From assembly GCA_963745845.1 (NCBI GenBank), contig CAVUZE010000007.1, forward strand, positions 130,672 to 194,671: a stretch of DNA of 64,000 nt, given 5' to 3'. The position numbers and the translations under genes are program-made. Source of the DNA: an uncultured Acidobacteriaceae bacterium (lineage in GTDB: Bacteria; Acidobacteriota; Terriglobia; Terriglobales; Acidobacteriaceae). Shown here in pieces: positions 12,192 through 21,731 of this stretch (its first letter is position 1; each line of letters opens with the position of its first letter). The notes beneath the pieces are model-generated. The model made no database searches. It was not told the origin of the DNA and saw only the letters and a program-made list of their open reading frames with translations.

Positions 12192-12890
12192 ATGGCATCC
12201 GCAACCGTTTCAAATTCGTCGCTCGATTCAACTCTCAGTTCTGCTGTGGAGTGTAAACACCCGGCAGCTTCGGCTAAATTCTCTCCCGACGATCCTCTGA
12301 CCCGAGCTCGAGCCGGCGATCCCGACGGGTTCTCAGAACTCTACCGGCAGCATAGGAAGCGCGTTTTTTCAATTTGCATGCGCATGGTACACGATTTCCA
12401 GATGGCCGAAGACCTCACGCAGGAGACCTTTCTTCAGTTGCACCGGAAGCTTGCAACTTTTCGCGGGGACTCCGCCTTCACCACATGGCTTCACCGGATG
12501 ACAGTCAATATCGTGCTGATGCGCCTGCGCAAGCGCGTGCTCCCCGTGGTTTCGCTCGAACGCCTGGTAAAAAGCAGCGATGAGGAACGCGCCGTGCAAG
12601 GCTTTGGCATTTGCGATCCAAGACTGGACGCCGTTGTTGACCGCTTGACCATCGATCGTGCCCTGGCTGCGTTGGCGCCCGGCTATCGAAATGTCTTCCT
12701 CCTCCACGATGTCCATGGTCTTCAGCATAGCGAGATTGCCTCGATCGAAGGTTGCTCTGTGGGTAACTCTAAGTCCCAGTTGCACAAGGCGCGGCGTGCA
12801 TTGCGGGGCGCCCTCACAGCACGAGCGAGCCCGGGAGCTGGCGGATTAGCCGAAGCGACGCTTGTCACGGATGATGCCGACCTAGAATAG
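12192..12890 (+). CDS. ECF sigma-70 factor
   Basis: Region 2 AEDLTQETFLQLHRKLATFRGDSAFTTWLHR and region 4 LAPGYR..FLLHDVHG..HSEIA...SKSQLHKAR; start moved to ATG 12192 with GGAG SD. Confidence 0.92.
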   Translation: MASATVSNSSLDSTLSSAVECKHPAASAKFSPDDPLTRARAGDPDGFSELYRQHRKRVFSICMRMVHDFQMAEDLTQETFLQLHRKLATFRGDSAFTTWLHRMTVNIVLMRLRKRVLPVVSLERLVKSSDEERAVQGFGICDPRLDAVVDRLTIDRALAALAPGYRNVFLLHDVHGLQHSEIASIEGCSVGNSKSQLHKARRALRGALTARASPGAGGLAEATLVTDDADLE

Positions 12891-12938
12891 TGGCGATTTT
12901 TGGTGTTCTCGGATCTGGCGGCTGGGGAGAGTTTGGGT

Positions 12939-13133
12939 ATGGCGAAAACACGGGAGTTGATCGAGCAATTCGAACAAGGCAATCAATTCGGAACATGTGG
13001 CGCATGCAGCTGGGAATATCAGTGTCCGCCGCTGCTTCCTAACGATGAAGAGTCCCAGGCCGCTCTGGATCAAGCCTTCGATCGGCATGTCTGCGCGGAA
13101 CATCCTCGCGTAAAGAAGAAATCAAGCCGTTAA
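12939..13133 (+). CDS. Small Cys/His-rich protein, putative zinc-binding
   Basis: CGAC-x5-C ... HVCAEH; GGGGAGAG upstream of ATG 12939. Confidence 0.55.
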   Translation: MAKTRELIEQFEQGNQFGTCGACSWEYQCPPLLPNDEESQAALDQAFDRHVCAEHPRVKKKSSR

Positions 13134-13281
13134 AGAGGCCGTCAGCATTTTTCGGCTAACAGACATCTCTGAGTGTGGGTGCCTTCTTGGAGAGGCATCA
13201 ACACCGGAAAGGGCGCGGCGAGTTTCTGCTCCGAATTGCACATCAAAAAGGCGTACATTAGGCGAAGAGGTTTCATCCCCC

Positions 13282-14757
13282 ATGATGCAAGCCGTCCTCG
13301 TGCCAATTGCAATTCTTATATTTGGCTTTGTTCTAGGCGATTGGATTCGCTCCCGCTCCGCTCGATCCGAGAAGACTCTGCTGGAACAGCGCAACCGCGA
13401 GGCAGCCGACGCCCTCGCGGCTCTGCGCGGCGAGTTTGCCATAGCGCAGGGCGAGACGATGAGACGTGCAGGGTTTGAATCGCTGGCCGCCGAGCGGGAA
13501 AAGATGATTGCCGCACTGATTGCGGAGCGTGACGAGGCTCGTGGGGAGCAGCAGAAGAGCCACACGGTCGCGCGCGACCAGGCCGCCCGCATCAGTGAGC
13601 TTGAGGCGCACCTGAACAACGAACGCCAGAATATGGCGGAAAAGATTGCGCTCCTCGAATCCGCCAAACAGTCGCTGGCGAACCAGTTTGAAGTGCTCGC
13701 TGCCAACATTCTCGATCAAAAGTCCAGGACTTTCTCCGAAGGCAGCCAGAAAGAGCTGGGAACGCTGCTCACGCCCTTGCGCGAGCAGATCAGGGAGTTC
13801 CGCGAAAAAGTCGAAAAAGCACAGGCAGATTCAAACACCGGCGTCACGAAGCTCGAAACCCTGATCGGCTCGCTCAACGGCCTCAATCAACAACTGTCGG
13901 AAGACGCGCGCAACCTCACCACCGCTTTACGCGGCTCCGCGAAGACACAAGGCGATTGGGGAGAATTCATTTTGCGCGACCTGCTCGACAAGGCTGGTCT
14001 GCGCGAAGGCGAGCAATATTCGTTTCAGCAGTCTTTCGCTTCGAATGAAAACGACAGCAGCGAACGCGTGCGGTCCGTGCGCACCGATGTCGTCGTCATC
14101 CTTCCGGGCGGCCGCAATCTTGTCATCGATTCGAAGGTCTCTCTGACCGCCTACACCGATTGCGTGAGCGCGACGTGCGACGATGATCGAAAGGCCGCAC
14201 TGAAGCTGCATCTTGCCAGCATGCGCGGCCACATTGCGAGCCTCGCCAAGGCCGGATATCACCGGTTGCCGGAGCTCGAAGCGCCTGACTTTGTCGTGAT
14301 GTTCGTGCCCGTCGAGCCGGCTTTTCTGATGGCCCTGCAGGCCGACAGCGAGTTGTGGTCCGACGCGTACAAGCAGGGCATTCTGCTCGTCGGTCCCACC
14401 ACGCTTCTCTACGTCATCCGCATCGTCAATGTGCTCTGGCAGCAGGAGCGTCAGGCGCGCAACGTGCGCGAAGTGATGGAGCGCGGAAGCGAGCTCTACG
14501 AGAAATTTGTCGGATTCGTTACGGACATGGAGGCGATTGGCGACAATCTCCGCCGCACCGATCAGAACTATGCGAATGCGATGAAGAAGCTCGTGGATGG
14601 CCGCGGCAATCTCATCCGCCAGGTGGAGTTGCTCAAGAAGCTGGGCCTCCGCACCACAAAGTCGCTCCCCAAGGCTCTTCTCGATCGCGCCGACGTGGAT
14701 CAGGAAGAGCTGGCGCTGTCGGCCGAAGCGGAGAATGGTTCCACGAACCTGGTGTAG
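13282..14757 (+). CDS. rmuC: DNA recombination protein RmuC
   Basis: N-terminal TM plus coiled coil; KTQGDWGEFIL, RTDVVVILP..VIDSK, DFVVMFVP, GPTTL motifs. Confidence 0.95.
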   Translation: MMQAVLVPIAILIFGFVLGDWIRSRSARSEKTLLEQRNREAADALAALRGEFAIAQGETMRRAGFESLAAEREKMIAALIAERDEARGEQQKSHTVARDQAARISELEAHLNNERQNMAEKIALLESAKQSLANQFEVLAANILDQKSRTFSEGSQKELGTLLTPLREQIREFREKVEKAQADSNTGVTKLETLIGSLNGLNQQLSEDARNLTTALRGSAKTQGDWGEFILRDLLDKAGLREGEQYSFQQSFASNENDSSERVRSVRTDVVVILPGGRNLVIDSKVSLTAYTDCVSATCDDDRKAALKLHLASMRGHIASLAKAGYHRLPELEAPDFVVMFVPVEPAFLMALQADSELWSDAYKQGILLVGPTTLLYVIRIVNVLWQQERQARNVREVMERGSELYEKFVGFVTDMEAIGDNLRRTDQNYANAMKKLVDGRGNLIRQVELLKKLGLRTTKSLPKALLDRADVDQEELALSAEAENGSTNLV

Positions 14758-14799
14758 TAGCGCGTTCGCCCGCGCCCGCTCGATCGGCGTTCTGCTTAA

Positions 14800-16419
14800 C
14801 TATGCGACACTCGCGGTTCCCAGAGTCGCATGCGCAAACTTCCGCTCGCCTTCGATGGCGGCCCGGCGAAGCTTGGGGGCCATCAGTTCCAGGAACCGGT
14901 CGGCAGGGAGCGGTTCCCCATAAAGATAGCCCTGGCCTTGGATTGTCTGATCGTTCACGGTGAAGTAGAGAGCCTGCTGCTCGGTCTCTACGCCTTCCAC
15001 CACCACGCCGAGATTGAGCGAACGCGCCATCGCCATGATCGGCGGAAGGATGGCCAGGGTGGGAGACTGGGTCCCAATGGCACGTGTGAAGGCTTTATCG
15101 ATCTTGATTCTGTCGACCGATAAGTACGTCAGGTAGGAGAGGCTTGAATAGCCTGTTCCGAAATCGTCGATATAAATACTGTGGCCACGCCGGCGGAGAA
15201 GGCGGATGGACTCCATCGCGACCTCCCGATCGGCGGTGGAGCTTTCGGTCACCTCGATGACGATGCTGCCGGGCTGTACGTTGGCCTGCTTGATCGCTTC
15301 ATCGAGCATGGGCAGGAAGGCAGGATCGGCGAGGTCTGCCGCGGTCACGTTGATGTCCAATTTGAAGTCCGGGATCTTGGTGAGCACTTCGCGGAGCTGG
15401 TTCAGTGCGCGGCGAAAGACGAGACTGGTCAGCGAGCCGATAAAACCGCTTTCTTCCGCGACCTTTATGAATTTGTCCGGGCTAACCTGAGTGCCATCGC
15501 GATCCTTCCACCGTGCCAACGCCTCAGCGCCTACGATCCTTCCATTGACCAGGTCCACGATTGGTTGATACACAACCTGCAATTTTTCTTCCGCGACCGC
15601 CCGCCTGAGTTGCTGCTCCATGGAAATGTGGCGGCGGCGAAACGCAAACAGGACGGCTCCGATAAACGCGCCGGCGACGCAGCCTGAGAGGGATGTGCCG
15701 GCAACGGCGGCAAACTCTCCTTGCCGCGCTTCGTCGACAGAGACCGATGCTGTGACACACGTCAAGAGAGCAGACGAACAGTGAGTCGCGACGAGCGTGT
15801 CTCCTTTGCGCAGCACGTCGCCGGAGACTTCGCCCGCTGACGTCGAAGCAGGTGTCCCAAGGCCTGAGCCTGAGGCGCTTTCCGCATTCGAGTTCACTGC
15901 GAGATGGATGGGCAGAGGCCCGGCGATCTCAGGCATGTGCGAGCCGAAAACAACGAAGGTGCTGCCCAGCTGCAATCCCGCTCGTTTGAGGCTTTCGTCG
16001 CGAATCGGAACGAGATTCGTGTAGGCCACAGTGCCGTCGGGCGCAGTGCCTGCCGCAGCGAATTGGCCGATTGGATGCACTGGCCGGCCGGCTGTCGCGG
16101 AGCAATCAATGCGCGCTCCGTGAATCCGTCCAGCGTCTTTGAGGTATTCCGACCGGAAAACGAGCTCCCGGAAGCGGCCGAGTTCGGCATCGGAGCAGGC
16201 CGGATAGGAGGAGTGCTGCAGGACCGCCAAAACGTCGTGCGCCTCTTTCACAGAAGCGGCTTCCTGCGCTGCTACGCGGGAAAGATATCTCTTCAGTTGG
16301 AATTCGGCGAGCGGGATGGTAAGCAGGGAGCCCAGCGCAAAACCGGCAACCATTCCGAGCGCTGCCGTCGCTGCGACTACCGCTTGCTTGGCTTGTCCGT
16401 GCTTTTGGCGGTCTTGCAT
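14800..16419 (-). CDS. CSS-motif/EAL c-di-GMP phosphodiesterase
   Basis: Periplasmic ACSDAEL...YLKDAG..IDCSA; GAEALARW, DDFGTGYSSL, EGVET, QGYLY intact; start chosen at ATG 16419 with GGAG SD. Confidence 0.88.
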   Translation of the reverse strand: MQDRQKHGQAKQAVVAATAALGMVAGFALGSLLTIPLAEFQLKRYLSRVAAQEAASVKEAHDVLAVLQHSSYPACSDAELGRFRELVFRSEYLKDAGRIHGARIDCSATAGRPVHPIGQFAAAGTAPDGTVAYTNLVPIRDESLKRAGLQLGSTFVVFGSHMPEIAGPLPIHLAVNSNAESASGSGLGTPASTSAGEVSGDVLRKGDTLVATHCSSALLTCVTASVSVDEARQGEFAAVAGTSLSGCVAGAFIGAVLFAFRRRHISMEQQLRRAVAEEKLQVVYQPIVDLVNGRIVGAEALARWKDRDGTQVSPDKFIKVAEESGFIGSLTSLVFRRALNQLREVLTKIPDFKLDINVTAADLADPAFLPMLDEAIKQANVQPGSIVIEVTESSTADREVAMESIRLLRRRGHSIYIDDFGTGYSSLSYLTYLSVDRIKIDKAFTRAIGTQSPTLAILPPIMAMARSLNLGVVVEGVETEQQALYFTVNDQTIQGQGYLYGEPLPADRFLELMAPKLRRAAIEGERKFAHATLGTASVA

Positions 16420-16669
16420 AGCCTTAGCTCCAACCGTGGGAACTTCCTTTACATGTGTATCGCGTCTAGTTTTAAGCAACAATGGCCCTTTCATGGCAAG
16501 CGCTAACGCTTTTGTGGTCAGAGGTTTTGCGGATGGCCCTTTCGTGGTAAGCACTCACACCTTCGTGCCTGAAATCCTGCCGATCGGGTGCCGAAGGTGG
16601 ATAGATCGCCCTGGATTCGTTTTAACGACCGTAAGGACCTAGAATTGCGCTGATACGGCGAAGCACGGC

Positions 16670-17239
16670 CTATTCCGACCCAGCGTACGCTTCGCGCATC
16701 CGCCTCCACGTGGCCGCCAGATCCTCAGGAAGCACGCGCGTCTCCGACACCGTCGTCATGAAATTGGTGTCGCCCAGCCAGCGCGGCAGCGCATGCAAGT
16801 GCAGATGCCCGGCCACGCCGGCGCCCGCCGCCTTGCCCAGATTCATCCCGATATTCAGCCCATGGGGACGATAGAGCTGCTCCAGCACGTTCTCAGTTTT
16901 CAGCGCCAGGTCCATCATTTCGTGGGCAGCTTCGGTGGTCATGCCCCCGAGCCGGTCGAGGTGCGCATATGGCACCACCATCACGTGGCCCGAGGTGTAG
17001 GGATAGGCGTTAAGGCAGATGTAGCAATGCTTGCCGCGCACCACCAGTCCTGCTGCGGCCTCCGCCTCCTCGGCTGACATGCCGTTTGCAATGGCATAGT
17101 CCACCGAGGCCACCAGATTGCAAAAGACGCATCCCTTGTCGCCCGGCCAGGCCGCCAGCCGTTCCGGGATTCCCGGCCGCGGAACCCCATCCGCAGTGGT
17201 TACGTACGCAAATCGCCAGGGAGTCCAGAGTTGGTCCAT
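16670..17239 (-). CDS. HIT-family nucleotide hydrolase (Ap4A hydrolase-like)
   Basis: LWTPWR N-terminus, CVFC, LNAYPYTSGHVMVVP, HLHLH triad. Confidence 0.9.
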   Translation of the reverse strand: MDQLWTPWRFAYVTTADGVPRPGIPERLAAWPGDKGCVFCNLVASVDYAIANGMSAEEAEAAAGLVVRGKHCYICLNAYPYTSGHVMVVPYAHLDRLGGMTTEAAHEMMDLALKTENVLEQLYRPHGLNIGMNLGKAAGAGVAGHLHLHALPRWLGDTNFMTTVSETRVLPEDLAATWRRMREAYAGSE

Positions 17240-17437
17240 ATCGTGAATGCAGTCGTACCTCAGTATAGTGGCCCGTACTTGCCCCATTTTTCTCTGACGT
17301 CAGCCAACGCCAAAGCGTTCGGTTCCTCAAGGACTCCCGGTCTTTTCCCGCCTCGCGGTCGCCGCTCCTATGCAAGCCATTTTTGTGAATTTTTCGCATC
17401 AGACCCGCTCTCATTGGCGTTACGCCAACTTGTTGCA

Positions 17438-17467
17438 TTGACGCTGGAAAGACGAGGTTGCTAAACT
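17438..17467 (+). promoter_or_regulatory. Sigma-70 promoter of rpsA
   Basis: TTGACG (17438-43), 18-bp spacer, TG-n-TAAACT extended -10 (17462-67). Confidence 0.75.
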
Positions 17468-17472
17468 TGAGT

Positions 17473-17738
17473 TGTAGCTCCTGTGTGCGGATTCCATCAG
17501 TGAGCTGCGGCCGACCTCCAGCCAGCCGTTGCGCGCCTGGTGATTCCCTCGGAGACGAGTCGCTTCGATAGCCGGAAGTCCCGGCCCGGACGACTGTCCC
17601 CGCGAGATTTCATTAGGTCGCATGTGCGGCGCGAGAAACAGGCCACGGCGCGTGCGGTTGAAAGCTTCCGCGTGAACCGCGCCCGCTCCGGGGACTCAGC
17701 AGTTCGTCGCCGGTGCAATGAATCCCGGAGCACCAGTG
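17473..17738 (+). promoter_or_regulatory. Structured ~265-nt rpsA 5' leader (candidate cis-regulatory RNA)
   Basis: Several stems readable by eye, including CTCCGGG 17686-92 pairing with CCCGGAG 17724-30, which covers the SD. Confidence 0.45.
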
Positions 17739-19697
17739 ATGGCAAACGTCCTCAATCCAGAACCCGAGAGCATAACCCTGAACACCGAACTCGAAACACC
17801 AACCCTTGACCCTGCGACGGAGCTTGAGCAGCCGTTGCACGAATCCACGTCCAACTTCGAAAACACCGAAGCACTCGTTTCCTCCGCGCTGGACGCCGAT
17901 GCCACAACTGAGCACGCAGCAGAACCCGAAACCGCAGAAGTTCGCACTAGCGAAACAACTGCCGCGCCGCTGACCAATAAACCAACTGAGCACGCCCCTG
18001 AATCCCTTGATGATTTTTCTGCCGCTCTTGAAGCCTTTGAGCGCGAACAGGCCGCCGAAGCGGCTGCCGTCGAAGCCTACGGCGATAAGGTAGTCTCCGG
18101 CACCGTCATCAAGCAGACTGAGAAGCACCTTGTCGTCGATGTGGGCCTCAAGTCCGAAGGCCTCGTTCCCATCGAGCAGGTCCTTGACCACACTGGCGCC
18201 GTGAAGTTCCAGCCCGGTGAAGTGATCGACGTGGTCATCGAGCGCGAGGAGCCCGAAGGCGGCTATCTCGTCAGCTACGAGAAGGCGCAGCGCCTCCGCG
18301 TGTGGGACACCATTGAAAGAGCCGCGAACGACAAGACCCCCGTGATGGGAACGGTCGTCAGCCGTGTCAAAGGCGGGCTCACCGTCGACATCGGCATGAA
18401 GGCATTCCTTCCCGGCTCGCAGCTTGAGATTCGCCCCGTCCGCAATCTCGACGGCTATCTGGGCCAGCAGATTGAAGTCCGCGTCATCAAGCTGAACAAG
18501 AAGCGCGGCAACGTGGTCGTCAGCCGGAAGGAGATCCTCGAGGAAGAGCAGAACGCGAAGCGTTCGCAAACCCTCGAGCACCTCGATGAGGGCGCAATCC
18601 TGACCGGCACTGTAAAAAACCTCACCGACTACGGCGCGTTCGTCGACCTCGGCGGCATCGACGGCCTCCTGCACATTACCGACATGAGCTGGGGACGCCT
18701 CACGCATCCGCGCGATCTGGTCAACGTTGGCGACGAAATCCAGGTCAAGGTGCTCAAGTTCGACAAAGAAAAACAACGGGTCTCGCTGGGCTTCAAACAG
18801 CTGACGCCCGATCCATGGCTCGATGCCACCGAACGTTATCCCGTCGGTGCGCGCGTCCATGGCCGCGTCCTTTCGGTTACCGACTACGGCGCGTTTGTCG
18901 AACTCGAGCAGGGCATTGAAGGCCTGGTCCATCTCTCCGAGATGACCTGGTCCAAGCGCCTCAAGCACCCGTCCAAACTGGTCAAGCCGGGCGACGAAGT
19001 CGACACTGTCGTCCTCAGCGTGAACCCCGCCGACCGCCGCATCTCTCTCGGCATGAAGCAGCTCCTCGAAAATCCCTGGGAGCACCTCACCGAGCGCTAT
19101 CCGGCTGGCACGGTCGTCGAAGGCCGCGTCCGCAATCTGACCGACTTCGGCGCCTTCATCGAGATCGAGGACGGCATCGACGGTCTGGTGCATGTCTCGA
19201 ACCTCAGCTGGACCAAGCGCGTCAAGCATCCTTCTGAAGTGGTGAAGAAGGGCGAAAAGGTCAAGGCAGTTGTTCTCGGCGTTGAGCCGCAGAATCGCCG
19301 CCTGAGCCTCGGCATCAAGCAACTCCAGCCCGATGTCTGGGAGAGCTTCTTTGCCGCACATCGGGTAGGCGATGTGGTGCACGGCAAGGTTCTCCGCACC
19401 GCGCAATTCGGCGCTTTTGTTGAAATTGCCGAGGGTGTTGAAGGCCTCTGCCATATCTCCGAAGCCGTGGGTGAAGACGGTGCTCCAGCCAAGCTCGAGC
19501 AGGGAGAAGAGCACGAATTCAAGATCATCAAGATCAATGTGGAAGAGAAGAAGGTGGGACTCAGCCTGCGCGCCGTCACCGGCCACGAGGCCAGCCGCGC
19601 CCAGGTCGAGCACTACAAGGCGGACACACACAAGCATCCTGTCTCCAGCTCAACCACCACCCTTGGCGATCTCATCAACTGGAAGAGCGAACGCTAA
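17739..19697 (+). CDS. rpsA: 30S ribosomal protein S1 with acidic N-terminal extension
   Basis: Six S1 repeats (DYGAFVDLGGIDGLLHI etc.); ATG 17739 has GGAG 8 nt upstream (alternative ATG 17718). Confidence 0.97.
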   Translation: MANVLNPEPESITLNTELETPTLDPATELEQPLHESTSNFENTEALVSSALDADATTEHAAEPETAEVRTSETTAAPLTNKPTEHAPESLDDFSAALEAFEREQAAEAAAVEAYGDKVVSGTVIKQTEKHLVVDVGLKSEGLVPIEQVLDHTGAVKFQPGEVIDVVIEREEPEGGYLVSYEKAQRLRVWDTIERAANDKTPVMGTVVSRVKGGLTVDIGMKAFLPGSQLEIRPVRNLDGYLGQQIEVRVIKLNKKRGNVVVSRKEILEEEQNAKRSQTLEHLDEGAILTGTVKNLTDYGAFVDLGGIDGLLHITDMSWGRLTHPRDLVNVGDEIQVKVLKFDKEKQRVSLGFKQLTPDPWLDATERYPVGARVHGRVLSVTDYGAFVELEQGIEGLVHLSEMTWSKRLKHPSKLVKPGDEVDTVVLSVNPADRRISLGMKQLLENPWEHLTERYPAGTVVEGRVRNLTDFGAFIEIEDGIDGLVHVSNLSWTKRVKHPSEVVKKGEKVKAVVLGVEPQNRRLSLGIKQLQPDVWESFFAAHRVGDVVHGKVLRTAQFGAFVEIAEGVEGLCHISEAVGEDGAPAKLEQGEEHEFKIIKINVEEKKVGLSLRAVTGHEASRAQVEHYKADTHKHPVSSSTTTLGDLINWKSER

Positions 19698-19720
19698 AAG
19701 CATCTCCTAAGCAGCAGTAC

Positions 19721-19753
19721 AAAAACGGCCATCCTTCGGGGTGGCCGCTTTTG
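19721..19753. terminator. Bidirectional Rho-independent terminator between rpsA and flp
   Basis: AAAAA-CGGCCATCC-TTCG-GGGTGGCCG-CTTTT. Confidence 0.85.
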
Positions 19754-19871
19754 TTGATTGAAAGTGTGAGGTGCGAACGATCAAAGGGTCTTGATAGGAA
19801 TAGTGATTCTCAACGGTCAATGGCAGATAAAGACAGCATCGCCGTTTGAGGGCCGCGGACTCTTCTATTGA

Positions 19872-20132
19872 CTAAAGTGAAGAGGCAAGATCGCTGCTGA
19901 TCGAATTGAACGCAGTCTTGATCTCTGCCGACAAGCCCTTCATCGAAATCACTCCGCCGAAGGCGATCAGCGCCACCACGAGCGCATATTCAACCAGATC
20001 CTGTCCCTCTTCTCGGATCAGGAAGTCTTTCATCCGGAAATGAAGCCTCAGGATCGCGTCATTTGTCATGCTGTTCGCGGACGATGCCGCGTTCAACAAC
20101 CGCCCAACGAATATACTGCAAGGATTCCTCAT
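19872..20132 (-). CDS. flp: Flp/Fap type IVb pilin (orphan)
   Basis: EEGQDLVEYALVVALIA Flp motif (G cleavage site, E+5, Y+6); GGAG SD before 20132; alternative start 20069. Confidence 0.88.
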   Translation of the reverse strand: MRNPCSIFVGRLLNAASSANSMTNDAILRLHFRMKDFLIREEGQDLVEYALVVALIAFGGVISMKGLSAEIKTAFNSISSDLASSL

Positions 20133-20280
20133 GATTAGTCTCCGTTTTGACCCGCCTCCATCCGTCGTGCAGCCAGGCGCATATCGTGCAGTTCGCTCAG
20201 ACTAAAAAAGCCCTTGGGAAGCCGTAACATGAGGATCGTATTTTCGGTAACCGGTGACAATGACTCTTTTGCATCAGAAA

Positions 20281-20310
20281 GTGTTAGATTTCATCGGCGA
20301 AACCTAACAC
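20281..20310. promoter_or_regulatory. Inverted repeat upstream of flp, candidate operator or hairpin
   Basis: GTGTTAG-A-TTTC...GAAA-C-CTAACAC. Confidence 0.35.
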
Positions 20311-20387
20311 AAAAGGAGTATGCCGCCTGGATGCAATGCTTTTTCAATTCTGAACCCGTAAGATTGGCGATGATTTTCCGCCTGGAA

Positions 20388-21620
20388 TCACGGCCCGGGA
20401 AGCAGAACCTGAAGGTCTCCCTGCCGCATCGCCAGTACTAAGACAATTCCCAGCGAAGCCACAACACAAGCCAGCGCAAAGAGAAACACGCTCGCATAGC
20501 CGAAGGTGCCAATGACTGCGCCGGCGATCGGTCCAACCAGAAAAAACGACACATCCGCGAATACTGTGTAAACGCCAAGAGCAGTCCCGCGGCTGCGTTC
20601 CGGCACGCGTTTCACCGCCTCCACGCCGAGCGCTGGAAACACCAGCGAGAATCCAAACCCCGCAAGAGCAGCTCCGCCAAACGCCATCCATGGCGAGACG
20701 GCGCGCCACAGAATCAGAACCCCAAGCGACTCCACGAGCAGGCACGTGATGCCAACGGGAAATCCACCATAGTGGCTGATCGCGCGGATGAACAAGAGGC
20801 GCGCGGCAATAAACGCTACGCCAAATCCCGTGAGACAAAGGGCTGCTCCATGCCATTGGCGGCTGGCGTAAAAGAGCGTGACAAACGTCGCCAGCACGCT
20901 GTAACCCACCCCGCCCAGCGCGAGACCCATCCCATGCGGTATCACTCGTCCGAGCACGTCGCGAAACGGCAAATGCTCACCGTGCACCACGGGCACCGGC
21001 GGTTTGCGGCTGGCGAGGGCAAAACTTGCACCGCACAGGACAATCGTGACGATCCCGATCGTAGCGAGACCCCATTGCTGCTCCATCACGACACCCAGCG
21101 GCGCACCCAGGGCAAGGGCGCCGTAGGTCGCCACGCCGTTAAATGAGATGACTTTGGCGGTGTTGTCCTGACCGACGGCCGTAATGCCCCAAAGTGTTGC
21201 GCCAGTCGACCCCAGGCTTTCGCCCACACCCAGCACCAACCGGCTGGCAAGCAGGCTGGTCAAACTCAGCCATGCGGGATTGCGGTGCAGCGCGGCCGCG
21301 CCGAGCAGCAACGACCCGCTGACAGTGCACGCGCCCATGCCCCACATCACGGAAACCTTGGCTCCCGCATGGTCGCTGATACGTCCCGCCCACGGTCTGC
21401 TCAGAAACGTTGCAATGTATTGAATGCTGATGACCAACCCGGCCAGCGATGCGTGATACCCCATGCGCAAATGCACGTACTCGGGCAGAATTGCCAGCGG
21501 CAAGCCGATTGCGAGATAGCAGACAAAGGTGAAATAGACGTACCCCAGAATGTTTCGCAAATCCGCAGGCGACGTGGAAGAAGGGCGAGCGGATGCCGTG
21601 TCGATGGCGGGGCTTTGCAT
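20388..21620 (-). CDS. MFS transporter (YhhS-like)
   Basis: 12 TM; SRPWAGRISDHAG motif A, RLVLGVGES; start uncertain (21620 or 21704). Confidence 0.88.
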   Translation of the reverse strand: MQSPAIDTASARPSSTSPADLRNILGYVYFTFVCYLAIGLPLAILPEYVHLRMGYHASLAGLVISIQYIATFLSRPWAGRISDHAGAKVSVMWGMGACTVSGSLLLGAAALHRNPAWLSLTSLLASRLVLGVGESLGSTGATLWGITAVGQDNTAKVISFNGVATYGALALGAPLGVVMEQQWGLATIGIVTIVLCGASFALASRKPPVPVVHGEHLPFRDVLGRVIPHGMGLALGGVGYSVLATFVTLFYASRQWHGAALCLTGFGVAFIAARLLFIRAISHYGGFPVGITCLLVESLGVLILWRAVSPWMAFGGAALAGFGFSLVFPALGVEAVKRVPERSRGTALGVYTVFADVSFFLVGPIAGAVIGTFGYASVFLFALACVVASLGIVLVLAMRQGDLQVLLPGP

Positions 21621-21731
21621 GCGTGGAGAGGGGACGAACTCTCGAAGAGCGTTCCATCTCCAGTATAACGAAGGCGAAAACGCTTTGTGCGCCTGCTGCA
21701 GCAAGGGGATCCGTTGCCAGACGGCTCCCGG

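Noticed and set aside
17613-19637. 674-aa ORF antisense to rpsA (and similar long antisense ORFs opposite ligA 40183-41595, acnA, gyrA, tatC)
   Set aside because: Shadow ORFs expected from high-GC codon bias opposite well-conserved genes; no recognisable motifs or start signals.
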